Source: Actinomycetes bacterium
GTDB lineage: Bacteria; Actinomycetota; Acidimicrobiia; Acidimicrobiales; Ilumatobacteraceae
Length of the DNA stretch: 64,000 bases
Direction: 5' to 3'
Assembly: GCA_031371195.1 (NCBI GenBank)
Contig: JANMJD010000090.1
Location: 134-64,133, forward strand
The notes under the pieces are model-generated. The model was given only the letters and a program-made list of their open reading frames with translations. It made no database searches and was not told where the DNA came from. A program made the translations under genes and the position numbers. Below are positions 44,896 to 55,383 of the stretch, in pieces; within the stretch, counting starts at the first letter, position 1; each line of letters begins with the position of its first letter.

Positions 44896-47454
44896 ATGAC
44901 CCGAGCGCCGCGGGCGGCGTCCACAAAGGTCTGGCTGTTGATCGTCGGCATCTCCTTCACGGCCGCCGTGCTCTGGGTAGTCGTCGCCGGCATGCCGGCG
45001 ACTGCGAGGACTTCGGGGATTTCGTGGATCATTCTGGCCGCTGCATTTGCGGTGGTGGAACGGCTCGACGCCCGCATCGAGATCGGTGGTGAGACACATA
45101 CGATCAACGCCGCCGACGCGTTGCTGGTCATCGGTCTGGCCTATCTCCCACCCCTTCCGCTGCTGGCGGCGCGCGCGCTCGGCGACATCCTCGGCACGCT
45201 GATTTGGCACCGCTCCGCCGTGCAAAAAGCCGCGTTCAACCTCGCCAATCGGGTCCTCGAGTGCGGCGTGGCGTATTCCGTGTACACCCTGGTCATCCAC
45301 GGGGCCAGCCCGGTGACCGGATGGGGATGGGCTGCGGCATTCGCAGGGATATTCGCGGCAAGTCCCGTGAGCTACATCACCATCACCGCGGCGATCTCGC
45401 TCAACACCGGCAAGTTCAGCGGGTCGCTCAAGGAGTTGGCCCTGCAGGTGGCGATCATGGCCTGCAATGTCGTGATGGGTCTCGTAGCCGTCAACGTCCT
45501 GTGGGTCGACAAGCGCGGCGCATGGTTGATCATCACCGGCTTCCTGATCGCCTCGATCGGGTACCGCGCCTACATGAAGACCCGCGACCGGTTGAGCAGC
45601 CTCACCTCGCTGGAACGATTCGCCTCGCAACTCGCCGGCGAGACCGAATCGGCCGTCGTCGTCGAGCGAACCCTGCGCAACGTCGCAGAACTGCTGCGGG
45701 CCGGAGAGGTCCGCCTGGTCCGCAACGTCGCAGACGGTGTCAAGGTGCAACGACTCGATAACGACGACGAGGTGGTGACCGAGATCTTTCATGCCGACGA
45801 GATCCCGGCCCCGTTCGCCGCCCTGATCGCCCGCAGCCGGGGACTGCTGGTCGCCAACGGCGACCACTCATCGAGCGACCGGAGCATCGTCGACCAACTC
45901 GGCTGGTCGGACCTCGTGAGCGCGCCGGTGCCCGTCGACGGCGAGTCATCCGGGGTGCTGATCGCCGGCAACCGACTGGCCGAACAGAGCACATTCGATG
46001 ACAACGATCTCCATCTGCTCGACACGTTCGCCTCGAACACGTCCGTGGCGCTCCGGGTCGGCGAACTCGTCGACCAGCTGCGTGCCCAGGCCCTGGAGAA
46101 GGAACATCAATCCCGCCACGACGCGCTCACGAAGCTGCCCAACCGAATGGTGGCCGACGAGCGGTTGCGTCAACTCCTCCCTCACGCCACCGAGGAGTTG
46201 ATGGTCGCAGTGATGTTCATGGACCTCGATCGTTTCAAAGAGGTCAACGACGCGCTCGGTCACCACGTCGGCGACGAACTGCTGCGTGAGGTCGCCAACC
46301 GCCTGCGTCAGGTCGTCGGACGACGGGGCACCGTCGCCCGCCTCGGCGGTGACGAGTTTGCCGTCATCATCCCGGGTGTGGTCGATGTCGACGAGTTGAC
46401 GACCTTGGCGACGAATCTGCGGGCCAACCTTGCCAAGCAGGTGATCATCGACCGTCTGGGTCTCAGCCCTCTGGCCAGCGTGGGCATCGCCTTGGCTCCG
46501 CATGACGGCACCGATGCCCGATCACTGTTCCAACGGGCCGACGTGGCGATGTACGCCGCCAAGAGTCGGCGGACGGGGTTCGAGTACTACGACCCCCGAT
46601 TCGACAAGGCCAGCACCCGCACCCTCAGCCTGACCGCTGATCTGCGAACGGCCCTCGCCACCGATCAGCTGCAATTGCACTACCAACCCCAGGCCACGCT
46701 TGACGGTCGGATCGTGGCGATCGAAGCGCTCGCCCGCTGGCCGCATCCGCGCTACGGCTCCGTGCCGCCCGAGGAATTCGTCATGGTCGCCGAGCAGCAC
46801 GGCCTGATCCACATCCTGACCCGGTGGGCGCTGTCGACCGCACTTGCCGATCTGGTCGAGCTGCGGGCCACGTATCCCGACCTGCGGGTGTCGGTCAACA
46901 TGTCGGCTCGCGACCTGATGGATCTCAGCTTCCCGAGCGATGTCGAAGCAATGCTTCGGTCCGCCAATCTCGCCCCGGATGTGCTCACCCTGGAACTCAC
47001 CGAGTCCCAGATGCTGTCGGACCGCCGACGCAGCATCGAGATGCTCGGCCGTCTGCGGGCGCTCGGCGTGCGCATCGCCGTCGACGACTTCGGCACGGGT
47101 CAGTCGTCGCTGGCCTACCTGAAGAGCCTGCCGATCCACGAGGTGAAGATCGACCGCTCGTTCGTCTTCTCGATGGCCGCCAACCACGACGATTCGGTCA
47201 TCGTCCGGTCGATCATCGACATGGCCCACAACCTGGGACTCGAGGCGGTTGCCGAAGGCGTCGAGGACGCCGAGGTGTGGCGGATGCTCGGTGAACGAGG
47301 ATGCGATTCGGCCCAGGGTTATTACATCACCCCGGGCCTGCCCATGCGTGAACTGGCCCGGTGGTTGGACGCTCGCCACGTGGCTGCCCAGCAGGCCGAC
47401 GATGACGGCAGCCCCATCGCCTCAGTGATCAGGCTCGTTCCACGCGCCAGCTGA
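44896..47454 (+). CDS. membrane-bound GGDEF/EAL (c-di-GMP turnover) protein with N-terminal multi-TM sensor region
   Basis: About 7-8 N-terminal TM helices and a central sensor-like region. RLGGDEFAVI (GGDEF), EALARW (EAL), DDFGTGQSSLAYL and KIDRSF. Both catalytic signatures look intact. Confidence 0.9.
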   Translation: MTRAPRAASTKVWLLIVGISFTAAVLWVVVAGMPATARTSGISWIILAAAFAVVERLDARIEIGGETHTINAADALLVIGLAYLPPLPLLAARALGDILGTLIWHRSAVQKAAFNLANRVLECGVAYSVYTLVIHGASPVTGWGWAAAFAGIFAASPVSYITITAAISLNTGKFSGSLKELALQVAIMACNVVMGLVAVNVLWVDKRGAWLIITGFLIASIGYRAYMKTRDRLSSLTSLERFASQLAGETESAVVVERTLRNVAELLRAGEVRLVRNVADGVKVQRLDNDDEVVTEIFHADEIPAPFAALIARSRGLLVANGDHSSSDRSIVDQLGWSDLVSAPVPVDGESSGVLIAGNRLAEQSTFDDNDLHLLDTFASNTSVALRVGELVDQLRAQALEKEHQSRHDALTKLPNRMVADERLRQLLPHATEELMVAVMFMDLDRFKEVNDALGHHVGDELLREVANRLRQVVGRRGTVARLGGDEFAVIIPGVVDVDELTTLATNLRANLAKQVIIDRLGLSPLASVGIALAPHDGTDARSLFQRADVAMYAAKSRRTGFEYYDPRFDKASTRTLSLTADLRTALATDQLQLHYQPQATLDGRIVAIEALARWPHPRYGSVPPEEFVMVAEQHGLIHILTRWALSTALADLVELRATYPDLRVSVNMSARDLMDLSFPSDVEAMLRSANLAPDVLTLELTESQMLSDRRRSIEMLGRLRALGVRIAVDDFGTGQSSLAYLKSLPIHEVKIDRSFVFSMAANHDDSVIVRSIIDMAHNLGLEAVAEGVEDAEVWRMLGERGCDSAQGYYITPGLPMRELARWLDARHVAAQQADDDGSPIASVIRLVPRAS

Positions 47455-47507
47455 TCCGGAACGAAAAAACCCAGGCCACAGCCGGAATGTGCCCGGGTAA
47501 CCTGTAG

Positions 47508-48542
<1,035 letters not shown>

Positions 48543-48757
48543 TCACGCGACCGGCCCACGGCATCCGAATCATCGGGCAACTGGGTCAGCGGGTATCCGG
48601 GTCAGTGGGCGACTGAGTCATTCGGCGGATTCTTGCCCGATGTTGGGAACCTGGGGAGGCGCTTGTAGGTCGTACCACCAGACTTGCAGAAGTATTCAAC
48701 CCATCGTGAACGTGTCACCACGTTACGTCGATGGATGGGCAGCTGAGGTGATGCGGA

Positions 48758-50614
48758 GTGAACCAGGGTCGGCACGGACGCAACTTGATCGCATCCCGGC
48801 TGGCGAGCATCCTGGCCCTCGTCGCCACCGTCGGGCTTGTCGACGAAGCTGTTCACGGCCCGGCCGCCGGCGCGGCCGCAGCTCCCTCGACCAGCGCCGT
48901 CGCGCCGTCGACCACCGCCGTCGCGCCGTCGACCACCGCCTTCACGCCCCTGACCCCGACGAGGCTGGCCGATACGCGCACCGGGTTCGGCTACGGCCGT
49001 CCCGACTCGGCGACACTGCGGATCTCGGTCAACGGGCGTGAGGGCATCCCGCGCAACGCCGCAGCGGTGATCGTCACCCTCACCGTGGTCGAGGCGGCGA
49101 CCGGCGGATACCTGACGGCCTATCCCAACGGTGCGGCTCGGCCGAACGCTTCGAACCTCAACTTCGACCGCGGTTCGACGATCGCCAACACTGCGGTCGT
49201 TCAGCTCGGGACGAACGGCGCCTTCAACGTGTACAGCTCGGTCGTCGCGGCAAAGATCGCCGTCGACATCAGCGGGGTGTTCCTCCCTGCCGCCGCACCC
49301 ACTGCCGCCGGTCGGTACGTCGCCGTCGCAGGCACGCGGGTACTGGACACACGTACCGACGCGGACCCGTTCGCCGCCGGCGAGAGCCGGACGGTGCACC
49401 TCCCGGCATCGGTCGTCCCACCCGATGCCAGCGCAGTCGTGGCCAACCTGACCTATCTGGAACCCGCTGGCCCCGGGTACTTCACGGTCTGGCCGGGCGG
49501 ACCACGGCCGAATGCCAGCAACGGCAATCTCGACGCCTTGCATCAAACCCGCGCCCATCTCGCCGTCGTCCCGGTATCGGTCGACGACGGGGCAGCCGCA
49601 TTGTCGATCTTCTCCTCGGCCGGTGCGCACATCCTGCTCGACGTTGCCGGTTACTTCAGCGGAGACAGCGCTGAACCGGCCGCCGATGGCCTGTTCATCC
49701 CGTCCCCGCCGTGGCGTGCCCTGGACACGAGGGTGGGCGGTGAACCGGTGACCGCCAACGGCCAGGCACGGATGACCGTCGGCGAAGGTCTCGCTGCGTG
49801 GGTGAATGTCACATCGGTTGGCGCCGTGGCCGCCGGATTCGTGACCGCTCATCCGGCGTTCTCCGCATTGCCGAACACCAGCACACTCAATACCTCATCA
49901 CCGGGCAAGGTGATCGCCAACGCCGCATTGATCAACCTGTCGAGCGAAGGTGCTCAGCTCTACTCGTCGGCCGGCGAGCACCTCATCGCCGACGTCAGCG
50001 GAGTGTTCACCGGGCTCCCGACCGACACCTCGTGTCGAGTGCTGCTGATCGCCCATGGCGGCGGCTACACCGGCGGATCGTCCGCCGACATGGTCTCGTG
50101 GGCGAACCGGCTCACGCTCGCCGGGTGGCAGGTGGTCAACGCCGACTACCGGGTGTCGAGCGAGTTCTCGAATCTCGTCTGGGGTACGTGGTACCCGCGG
50201 ACATCGGTCTACCAACCGATTCCCGTCGACATGAAACGGGCCCACGACCTGGCCGCCGCCGACCTGAAGCCGCAAATTCGCAATGCCCTGGCCCGCGGCT
50301 GCGCCACCCACCTGCTCGGCTACTCGTCGGGCGGATCGGCGTTGTCCGATGCCGTGCAGGATCTCACGGGCATCGCTTCGTTGCAGGTGGTCGCCGGGGC
50401 GATCCTCGACCTGGAAGATGTCGGCGGACCGCCGATGCAGGTGTGGCACTCGTCCAACGACCCGATCATCACCGGCCAGGCCGCCACCGAATCGTGTCCT
50501 CGGTGGTGGTCCGCCGACAGCCAGTGCACGCTGCACGATCTCGGCGAACAGCCGAGCCCTCACCTCACCGTCGAACTCACTGCGGCGACCGATTGGTTGT
50601 TGTCGAACGGTTGA
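48758..50614 (+). CDS. secreted protein: three copies of the unassigned ~125-aa module plus a C-terminal alpha/beta-hydrolase (esterase/lipase) domain
   Basis: GTG start and signal-like LASILALVATVGLV. Three 21-bp repeats (48881-48943) encode APSTSAV/APSTTAV/APSTTAF. Three modules carry DTR...PNASNLNF-type blocks. Esterase signatures are HGGGY (oxyanion) and GYSSGG (GxSxG). Confidence 0.8.
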   Translation: MNQGRHGRNLIASRLASILALVATVGLVDEAVHGPAAGAAAAPSTSAVAPSTTAVAPSTTAFTPLTPTRLADTRTGFGYGRPDSATLRISVNGREGIPRNAAAVIVTLTVVEAATGGYLTAYPNGAARPNASNLNFDRGSTIANTAVVQLGTNGAFNVYSSVVAAKIAVDISGVFLPAAAPTAAGRYVAVAGTRVLDTRTDADPFAAGESRTVHLPASVVPPDASAVVANLTYLEPAGPGYFTVWPGGPRPNASNGNLDALHQTRAHLAVVPVSVDDGAAALSIFSSAGAHILLDVAGYFSGDSAEPAADGLFIPSPPWRALDTRVGGEPVTANGQARMTVGEGLAAWVNVTSVGAVAAGFVTAHPAFSALPNTSTLNTSSPGKVIANAALINLSSEGAQLYSSAGEHLIADVSGVFTGLPTDTSCRVLLIAHGGGYTGGSSADMVSWANRLTLAGWQVVNADYRVSSEFSNLVWGTWYPRTSVYQPIPVDMKRAHDLAAADLKPQIRNALARGCATHLLGYSSGGSALSDAVQDLTGIASLQVVAGAILDLEDVGGPPMQVWHSSNDPIITGQAATESCPRWWSADSQCTLHDLGEQPSPHLTVELTAATDWLLSNG

Positions 50615-50626
50615 ACACCTGGTGGC

Positions 50627-50908
50627 TCACGCACAGGAGCAGGGGATGGCCTCGCACTTGGGGCAGCCTGTCGCATAGACCGAGATCGCCTCGGTGAGGC
50701 TGATGCCGACCTGATTGGCCAGGCTGGCCACCCAGGCCAGCACGTCGGCGAATTCAGCCGTCTGCTGCGCCCGTGTGCCCTTGCGAACGGCCTGGGCCAG
50801 TTCGCCGATCTCCTCGGCCAGCCAGGCCACCGTCGACGGAATGCCCCGTTCACGGTCGCGATCGCCGTAGGTGCGCTCGATCACGTCCTGCAGTTCGGCG
50901 AGATGCAC
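50627..50908 (-). CDS. MazG-like nucleotide pyrophosphohydrolase domain protein
   Basis: EEIGELAQAV and EFADVLAWV metal-binding helices (ExxE...ExxD). C-terminal Cys cluster GCPKCEAIPCSC. 93 aa. Confidence 0.8.
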   Translation of the reverse strand: MHLAELQDVIERTYGDRDRERGIPSTVAWLAEEIGELAQAVRKGTRAQQTAEFADVLAWVASLANQVGISLTEAISVYATGCPKCEAIPCSCA

Positions 50909-50924
50909 CGTTCGTCCCTCCTGA

Positions 50925-52214
50925 TCAGGCCGACCACTCCTCGACGAGCCCGAACTGAGTGGTGTAGTCGGCGAACTCCCGCCGCAGGGCCGGCAGGTCG
51001 AGGCCGAACTGCTCGGGCTCGTAGATCACCTTGCCGAAGCGGTCGCGCTGATGCGAGGCCAGGTAGCTGCGGTGGGCGAGACGAGCTGCATCGTCATACG
51101 GCTGGTCGGCGAGTGCGTAGATCCGCTCGAGCGTGCCCAGGTCGTCGGCCATGAACTCGTGGAAGCGGATATCGAGGGCATGGTCCGGCGACAGCACGGA
51201 CCGGTCGCGCTGATATGCCCGCAACATCGTCAGGTTGCGCTCGCTCCAATACGAACCCATCCCGACCAGGTCGATCTCATCGCGCGACATCCGCTGCGTG
51301 TAGCACAGCATCGTGCATACCGAGATCGTCACCGGAACCGGGTCGCGGTGGGTGACGAGGACCGTGGCATCAGGGAACACGGCCCGCAGCGCCGGCAACT
51401 GTTCGAGGTGCTGGGGCGACTTGAGCAACCACCGCGACCCACCACGGAGAAACGTCATCGCCTGGAGCACCGTCTTCATGTAGGCATAGTGCGGCGTTTG
51501 ATCGTGGGCCAGGTACCAGTCGCGCACCGACGGCATCTTGACCATCGATTCGAACAGCATCGTCGAGTAGTCCATCGCCAGCAGCTGGATCTCCTCGTGC
51601 ACGTGGTCGACGGTCATCTCGTGCATCCGGCGGAACTCGGGCATCGCCGCGTTGACGAAGCCGACGCCGAACTCGCCCCGCTCCAGGCGCGGGTCGGGGA
51701 CCATGCCGGCCTCCCCCGGAAACGGAACCGGTTGCAGGCTCTCCCAGTACGGCAGGCTGCGCAGAGCCGGATCGGCGGCGAGCAGGTTGTGCAGATGGGT
51801 GGTGCCGGTGCGTGGTTGGCCAACGATGATGATCGGCCGCTCGATCGGGATGTCGAGGATCTCGGGATGACCGGCCAGCAGATTGGCCAGCAGGATGCGA
51901 TTCTTGGCCAACTGCACCAGCAGCGTGTGGGCGCTGACGTGGCCGAATGCCGACAACCCCGCCTCGGTGCCGAACCCGGCGAGCAGGACGTCGAGGGGTT
52001 CGCGGAACCCGTCGGGTCCGACGTCGGCAGTGTCGAAATCGCTCCCCGGGTTGATTGCCGCCAACTCCGAACCGGCCTGGGCCAGGATCGCCGACGCATC
52101 GAGCGGCAGGTACTCGGCGAGAGCTGCGCCCATCGCCCGGATCTCGGTGACCTCGGGCGAGTACGAGGGTCTGGCCAGATCGTCGAGGCGAACCGGTGGC
52201 GGGGTCGTAGCCAT
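50925..52214 (-). CDS. sulfotransferase-family protein
   Basis: 5-prime-PSB-like loop IIIVGQPRTGTTHLHNLL and the downstream LLKSPQH block. ATG at 52214 is chosen because the codon bias upstream is weaker, but the ORF stays open to 52310. Confidence 0.75.
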   Translation of the reverse strand: MATTPPPVRLDDLARPSYSPEVTEIRAMGAALAEYLPLDASAILAQAGSELAAINPGSDFDTADVGPDGFREPLDVLLAGFGTEAGLSAFGHVSAHTLLVQLAKNRILLANLLAGHPEILDIPIERPIIIVGQPRTGTTHLHNLLAADPALRSLPYWESLQPVPFPGEAGMVPDPRLERGEFGVGFVNAAMPEFRRMHEMTVDHVHEEIQLLAMDYSTMLFESMVKMPSVRDWYLAHDQTPHYAYMKTVLQAMTFLRGGSRWLLKSPQHLEQLPALRAVFPDATVLVTHRDPVPVTISVCTMLCYTQRMSRDEIDLVGMGSYWSERNLTMLRAYQRDRSVLSPDHALDIRFHEFMADDLGTLERIYALADQPYDDAARLAHRSYLASHQRDRFGKVIYEPEQFGLDLPALRREFADYTTQFGLVEEWSA

Positions 52215-52375
52215 CGCGGCGAATCTACCGAGCGGCGCCGACGGGTGACGCACCGGCAGTCCGACGCACTGTTCCTCGCCGTAGTGTCCGCTGAACACGA
52301 CTAGTGACATTCAGTGGTCATCTAGACTGAAAACAGAAGTTATCGGAGTCATCCATTCATCCGAAGGGAGACGGG

Positions 52376-53941
52376 ATGCCGGAACGTACCGATGGTCAGC
52401 ATCCCGACCCGGCGGTCGGCCATCCCGTCGATCTTCAGCGGGTGCTCCATATCGGGGTGCACCTGGCGGGCCGCCTGGCCGCCCTGCACGACCGCGGCAC
52501 GGTGCATGGCGGAGTCTCACCGGCTGCCGTCGACATCGCCGACGACGGCACGGTCTCATTGCTCGCCCACGATCCCGATGTCTCTGTCGACGCGAGATAC
52601 GCCGCAGTCGAGGTGCTCGACGGCGGCCCGGTCACAGTCCGATCCGACCTCGCCGAACTCGGCGCCACGTTGGCTGCCTTCGCCCTCGGGCGACCGCCGA
52701 CCCGCACTCCGTCGCGGGCGATCGATATCTACGGCCACGGGGTCGACGCCGGCCTGTGCAACGTCATCGACGCAGCGGCGGCTCCCGACCCGTTGGACCG
52801 CTACGACTCTGCCGACGAGTTGATCGGCGAACTGCACGTGGTCGAATCCCGTCACGGATGGCCGGCGACGGTCGTACCGGTGGGGGCTGTCGCGGCCTCA
52901 ACCGGCGGGCTGACATCGGATCATCCCGGACCAACCCGATCGCGCGGCGACCGATGGTTCGCCCGCCGTACCGCCACGCCGGGGCGGGCGAGGCCCCGCC
53001 ATATCACCACGGTCTGGAGTGCCGCGGCTGTGATGCTGCTCGTCGGCATCGGGTTCGACGGCGACGTAGGAACGGACGAGACGACCGCCGACGTCGCCGT
53101 GCCTATCCCGACTTCGGTCGTCGCCTTGGACGCTCCGACCGCGACGGACGCTCTGACCGCGACGACCGCGACGATGTCGGGCAAAAGCAGTTCGACGTCG
53201 GCCCCGGCGACCACGGTGCCGTCAACGACGACCGTGGTGACTGTCGGCTCGACCGCAGCACCGGCCATCGACTCGACCCAGGGCGTGGGCGATGTACCGA
53301 CCACGCCCCCAGTCCCGGTACCCACGACAAGGTCCCCGCCGCCGACCACGCGTCCCCCTGCGACGACCCGGCCCCCGACACCGGTGACGACCGGCCAACC
53401 TCCGACCACCCCCGGTTCCACCACGGTGCCGACCCCGGGGACCTCGGCGCCGGCCGACATCACGACGACCACGGCTCCACCGGTCACCTCGCCACCCACG
53501 GCTCCCACGACGCGTCCACCAGCGACGACCCGGCCGGCACCCCCATCGACGACGCGGCCGGCGCCGACCACAACCACCACGCCGCCGACGACCCAACCGA
53601 CGCCGACCACGACGACGATTGCAGCCAAGCCGCCGCGGGTCGGACAGATCAACGTGTGGAAAAATCCCGATGACAGCGGCACGTGGGCGTTCGGAGCACC
53701 CGATGCCGATCGCTGCGCCATCGCCCACTGGGAGCTCACCGGTCCGGTGTCGGCATCGACGACCAAGGATCCGCGCAACTCTCCCGGAGCGACGAATGGC
53801 TGTTTCGACGGCGCCCTGAAGTTCAACACGTACTTCAGCAATGTCGCCTTGGCTCCCGGGGACTACACCATCCAGCTGACCGTGACGAACCTCAAGTCCG
53901 GCCTGAGCGGATCGAACTCGGCCGCCTTCACCGTGCCCTGA
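52376..53941 (+). CDS. membrane protein with N-lobe-less Ser/Thr pseudokinase domain, Pro/Thr-rich linker and C-terminal extracytoplasmic domain
   Basis: RBS GGGAG before the ATG. LHDRGTVHGGVSPAAV stands where kinases have H-R-D-x-K-P-x-N. AVE replaces APE. SDLAELGATL and PDPLDRYDSADEL match subdomains IX and XI. TM ITTVWSAAAVMLLVGIGF, a PT-rich segment of roughly 170 aa, and a two-Cys domain of roughly 100 aa. Confidence 0.7.
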   Translation: MPERTDGQHPDPAVGHPVDLQRVLHIGVHLAGRLAALHDRGTVHGGVSPAAVDIADDGTVSLLAHDPDVSVDARYAAVEVLDGGPVTVRSDLAELGATLAAFALGRPPTRTPSRAIDIYGHGVDAGLCNVIDAAAAPDPLDRYDSADELIGELHVVESRHGWPATVVPVGAVAASTGGLTSDHPGPTRSRGDRWFARRTATPGRARPRHITTVWSAAAVMLLVGIGFDGDVGTDETTADVAVPIPTSVVALDAPTATDALTATTATMSGKSSSTSAPATTVPSTTTVVTVGSTAAPAIDSTQGVGDVPTTPPVPVPTTRSPPPTTRPPATTRPPTPVTTGQPPTTPGSTTVPTPGTSAPADITTTTAPPVTSPPTAPTTRPPATTRPAPPSTTRPAPTTTTTPPTTQPTPTTTTIAAKPPRVGQINVWKNPDDSGTWAFGAPDADRCAIAHWELTGPVSASTTKDPRNSPGATNGCFDGALKFNTYFSNVALAPGDYTIQLTVTNLKSGLSGSNSAAFTVP

Positions 53942-53991
53942 CACCGGTTCAAGGTCGACACCACGCTGTGCACGGCCGAGGCAGCAGGGGA

Positions 53992-54025
53992 CGAGCCGGG
54001 CGCGATCGAGCCGGGCGCGATCGAG
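53992..54025. repeat. 15-bp tandem repeat (2 perfect copies plus a degenerate third) at a convergent junction
   Basis: CGAGCCGGGCGCGAT at 53992 and 54007, then CGAGTCAGGCGGCGT, which runs into the P450 stop at 54026. Confidence 0.8.
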
Positions 54026-55294
54026 TCAGGCGGCGTCGAACTCGGCGAACAGGTGGCGCAGGCCACGCAACATGTAGCTCGGCAGGAACTCGAAGGTGTT
54101 CTGCGGGTCGAGGCGGAAGTCGGCACATCTCGCCGCCAGCCGTTCCAGGGCCACAACGCTCTCAAGCCTCGAAAGCGGGGCGCCGATACAGAAATGGGTT
54201 CCCAGCCCGAACGCGAGGTGGTCGCGGACATTGGGCCGATCGGGGTTGAAGTCGTGCGGATCGGGAAAGACGCCGGGATCGCGATTCGCCGCGGCAAACG
54301 ACAACACGACACGCGACCCGGCGCTCAACGGCACGCCTTCCACATCGACATCGCGGGTGACCACCCGGAACATGCCCTGAGTCGGCGTCGCCAGGCGCAG
54401 CGCCTCCTCGACGATCAGTGCCGCACGCGACGGGTCGGCCTTCAGTCTCCACCACTCGTCGTGATGGTCGGCCAGATTGCGGATCATCTGGCTGAAGAGC
54501 TTGGTCGTCGTCTCGTTGCCCGCTCCGAGCAGCTGTTGGAAGATGCCCATCAGCTCCTCCATCTCCAGCGGACGGGTTGCCGAACCATCGGCCAGCGGGA
54601 TCTGGGCGGCGATCAATCCGGTGAGGACATCATCGCGCGGGCAACGCTGCCGATCGACGAGCTCCGCGTACTCGTAGCGTTGCATCTCCAGCGTTCCGAG
54701 GGCCGACTCGATGGCCCGCTCGTTGCTCAGACGAGAGCCGATGCCGGCCGTCGTGGCGTCCGACCAGTGCTTGATGTCGGACTCGCGCCCCGGATCGAGG
54801 TTCAGGGCCCGCACGATCACTCGCACCGGCACACCGACGGAGAACAGCGCGTTGACATCGACCAGGCCCCGACCGAGGATGTGGTCGAGTTCCTCGTCGA
54901 CGATCCGCTCGATGTCTGGCCGCATGGCTCCGATCACCCGGGCGTTGAACGAGCGGGCCACAGTCGAGCGGTAGCGAGTGTGATCCGGGGGGTCGACGGT
55001 CAACATCGTTGGTGGGCGCACCCATCCTCGCGCCTTGATCGCCGCCACATCGTCGGCGACCTCGTTCGGCGGCGGCTCGTTCGGCGTGGCGCCCATCGCC
55101 GACGAGAACGTCTCGGTGTCGCGCAGCATCCGGGCGACGAGATCGTGACGGGTGACGAAGCCGAGCCTCGTGATCGGATCGATCCACACCGGGGCGGCAG
55201 CGCGCATCAGCTCGAAGAAGGGGTAGGGATTCTGTTGGAAGGCGTGGCCCAACGGATCGAATCCGACCAGGTCAACGGGGGCAATCGTGGTCAT
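54026..55294 (-). CDS. cytochrome P450
   Basis: Heme loop FGLGTHFCIGAPL, ExxR in VEEALRL, and the I-helix GAGNETT. Confidence 0.95.
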   Translation of the reverse strand: MTTIAPVDLVGFDPLGHAFQQNPYPFFELMRAAAPVWIDPITRLGFVTRHDLVARMLRDTETFSSAMGATPNEPPPNEVADDVAAIKARGWVRPPTMLTVDPPDHTRYRSTVARSFNARVIGAMRPDIERIVDEELDHILGRGLVDVNALFSVGVPVRVIVRALNLDPGRESDIKHWSDATTAGIGSRLSNERAIESALGTLEMQRYEYAELVDRQRCPRDDVLTGLIAAQIPLADGSATRPLEMEELMGIFQQLLGAGNETTTKLFSQMIRNLADHHDEWWRLKADPSRAALIVEEALRLATPTQGMFRVVTRDVDVEGVPLSAGSRVVLSFAAANRDPGVFPDPHDFNPDRPNVRDHLAFGLGTHFCIGAPLSRLESVVALERLAARCADFRLDPQNTFEFLPSYMLRGLRHLFAEFDAA

Positions 55295-55383
55295 CTGGCC
55301 TCCATCGGCGTCGCCGCTGGAGCGTAGCCCGGGTACGAGGGAGTTGAGCCGGAGACGGCCAACTATCCGAGTATATCTACTAC

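Noticed and set aside
52215-52310. Longer sulfotransferase start at ATG 52310
   Set aside because: Not firmly rejected. The first 32 codons have weaker GC3 bias and no family-like sequence, so I annotated ATG 52214. Either start is possible.
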